A stretch of 58,335 nt of DNA from a virus (lineage: Duplodnaviria; Caudoviricetes), in the IMG/VR virus record IMGVR_UViG_3300048578_000131, positions 1 to 58,335 of that record; one strand, written 5' to 3'. A program made the translations under genes and the position numbers. Positions 57,240 through 58,335 of the stretch are shown here, in pieces. Below the pieces are notes generated by a model that was not told where the DNA came from, searched no databases, and saw only the letters and a program-made list of their open reading frames with translations. Within the stretch, counting starts at the first letter, position 1. Every line of letters begins with the position of its first letter.

Positions 57240-58093
57240 GGGAGCGCACTTTCTTGACCGCAGCTCGCGTCTACCTGGAAGCCGGTCGTCGGGCACGTTA
57301 CGTCAAATGGCTCATCAGGCACTTCGGCGAGACACCGATCGGTGAGATCGACCAGCAAGCGATCGACGATGCGGCTGTGGCAATCCTCCCACGCGCAACG
57401 CCCGCGACACGGAATACCTGTGTCTACACACCTCTGTCCGCGATCCTCCGCTTCTCAGGAATAGAGATCAAATTGCGGCGCCCGAAGGGCGCGAAGGGCA
57501 CCGTCATCACGGACGCGCTGAATCCGCCAGACGCGGCCGCAATCATCAACGCAGCCCAAAGCTTCGATAAAGAATACGCGCTTCTCCTGCACCTGCTGCT
57601 CTACACCGGCGTTCGGCTCGGCGAGGCGCTACGCCTCACATGGGACAACGTTCGTCTTGACGAGCGGCGGGCATGGATACCGATCCGCAAGAACGGCGAT
57701 CCGCTAGAAGTCCAGCTTCGCGAAGATCTCGCGGAGGCCCTCAGGACTCATCCGCAGCGGATCGACAGCCGCCGCGTGTTCCGCTTTCATCAAGGCGGGC
57801 ATCTGAAACATATGCTCACGCGCGCCAAACTGGTCGCGCTAGGCATGGAATGCCCGACCCGCCGGCCGAAAGGCTGGCGACCACCCGCGCATCGCCTGTC
57901 GTGGGTCAACCACCACACGTTCCGACACACCTGGGCGACCTGGTTGCGCCGGTACGCTGGCATGGACCTGCTGGGCCTGGTATCGACCGGAAACTGGCGC
58001 GACGAGCGCAGCGCGAGGCGCTATACGCACGTAACCACGCGCGAAGAATGGCAGCGCGTCGAACGACTTCCTGCAATCGGTGAAAAACGATGA
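57041..58093 (+). CDS. int: Tyrosine recombinase / integrase
   Basis: TGVRLGE (R), RKNG (K), HTFRHT (HxxR), GNW, RRYTH (Y). Confidence 0.93.
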   Translation: MPLKLKAPRKGKSPNWSIRGAYLGVRVDKSCGTPKRSVAQKKLHELEGQIERGEYPPKAKPDSGGVGERTFLTAARVYLEAGRRARYVKWLIRHFGETPIGEIDQQAIDDAAVAILPRATPATRNTCVYTPLSAILRFSGIEIKLRRPKGAKGTVITDALNPPDAAAIINAAQSFDKEYALLLHLLLYTGVRLGEALRLTWDNVRLDERRAWIPIRKNGDPLEVQLREDLAEALRTHPQRIDSRRVFRFHQGGHLKHMLTRAKLVALGMECPTRRPKGWRPPAHRLSWVNHHTFRHTWATWLRRYAGMDLLGLVSTGNWRDERSARRYTHVTTREEWQRVERLPAIGEKR

Positions 58094-58335
58094 GAACCAG
58101 CAGCGAGAAAGCGGCTATTCGCCGCAAGAAGTTGGACATGGCCCGTGGAGCGGACGTGGAGCAGCAACAAAATGCATAACAAGTCATTGGAAACGCTAGC
58201 TCTACCATGCTCTCCCCCCAAGAGCCGGCCGCACCTTTTTGGGCGGCGCGCTTCGTGCGTAAACGCCGATAAATTAGGGATTTCCAGACGTCGTCACGAC
58301 AGCCAGACGGCAGTATCCGGCAGAACGCGGCGCGA

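Larger units (their letters stand above)
139..58093. mobile_element. Lambdoid HK97-type siphovirus prophage, apparently near complete; ends not defined
   Basis: Ordered modules: lysis, tail, head, terminase/HNH, replication, cro/cI, integrase. att core not located. Confidence 0.95.

Noticed and set aside
58094-58335. att site or tRNA target after the integrase
   Set aside because: No tRNA-like sequence and no direct repeat shared with the left end was found by eye.

Overview
The window is almost entirely one lambdoid, HK97-type temperate siphophage (prophage). The host is probably an alphaproteobacterium; this is inferred from high GC, GTA-like tail genes and an Omp25/RopB-like porin. Left to right: (1) a plus-strand accessory operon (SNF2-like helicase, PAPS-reductase/IbrA-like, ParB/IbrB-like, Cys-rich protein, HTH); (2) minus-strand lysis, tail, head and packaging genes, interrupted by a hicAB pair and a glycosyltransferase/radical-SAM block; (3) a NusG-like regulator, a replication initiator, nucleases and several DNA methyltransferases; (4) a cro/cI switch with readable operators; (5) an early-left arm ending in a tyrosine integrase. 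The standout is a stand-alone CRISPR module in the early-right operon. A 448-aa Cas12m/TnpB-like protein (44888-46234) appears to have lost its RuvC catalytic residues and its zinc finger. Two nt after its stop codon is a mini-array of three identical 36-bp pseudoknot-forming repeats and two 30-bp spacers, with no cas1/cas2. Other notable items: a probable -1 frameshift fusing a capsid-adjacent protein to a glycosyltransferase-like domain, a Tat-signal protein built from permuted tape-measure motifs, and an internally deleted two-frame (EcoHK31I-like) cytosine methyltransferase. All calls come from reading motifs by eye; no database searches were run and att sites were not identified.
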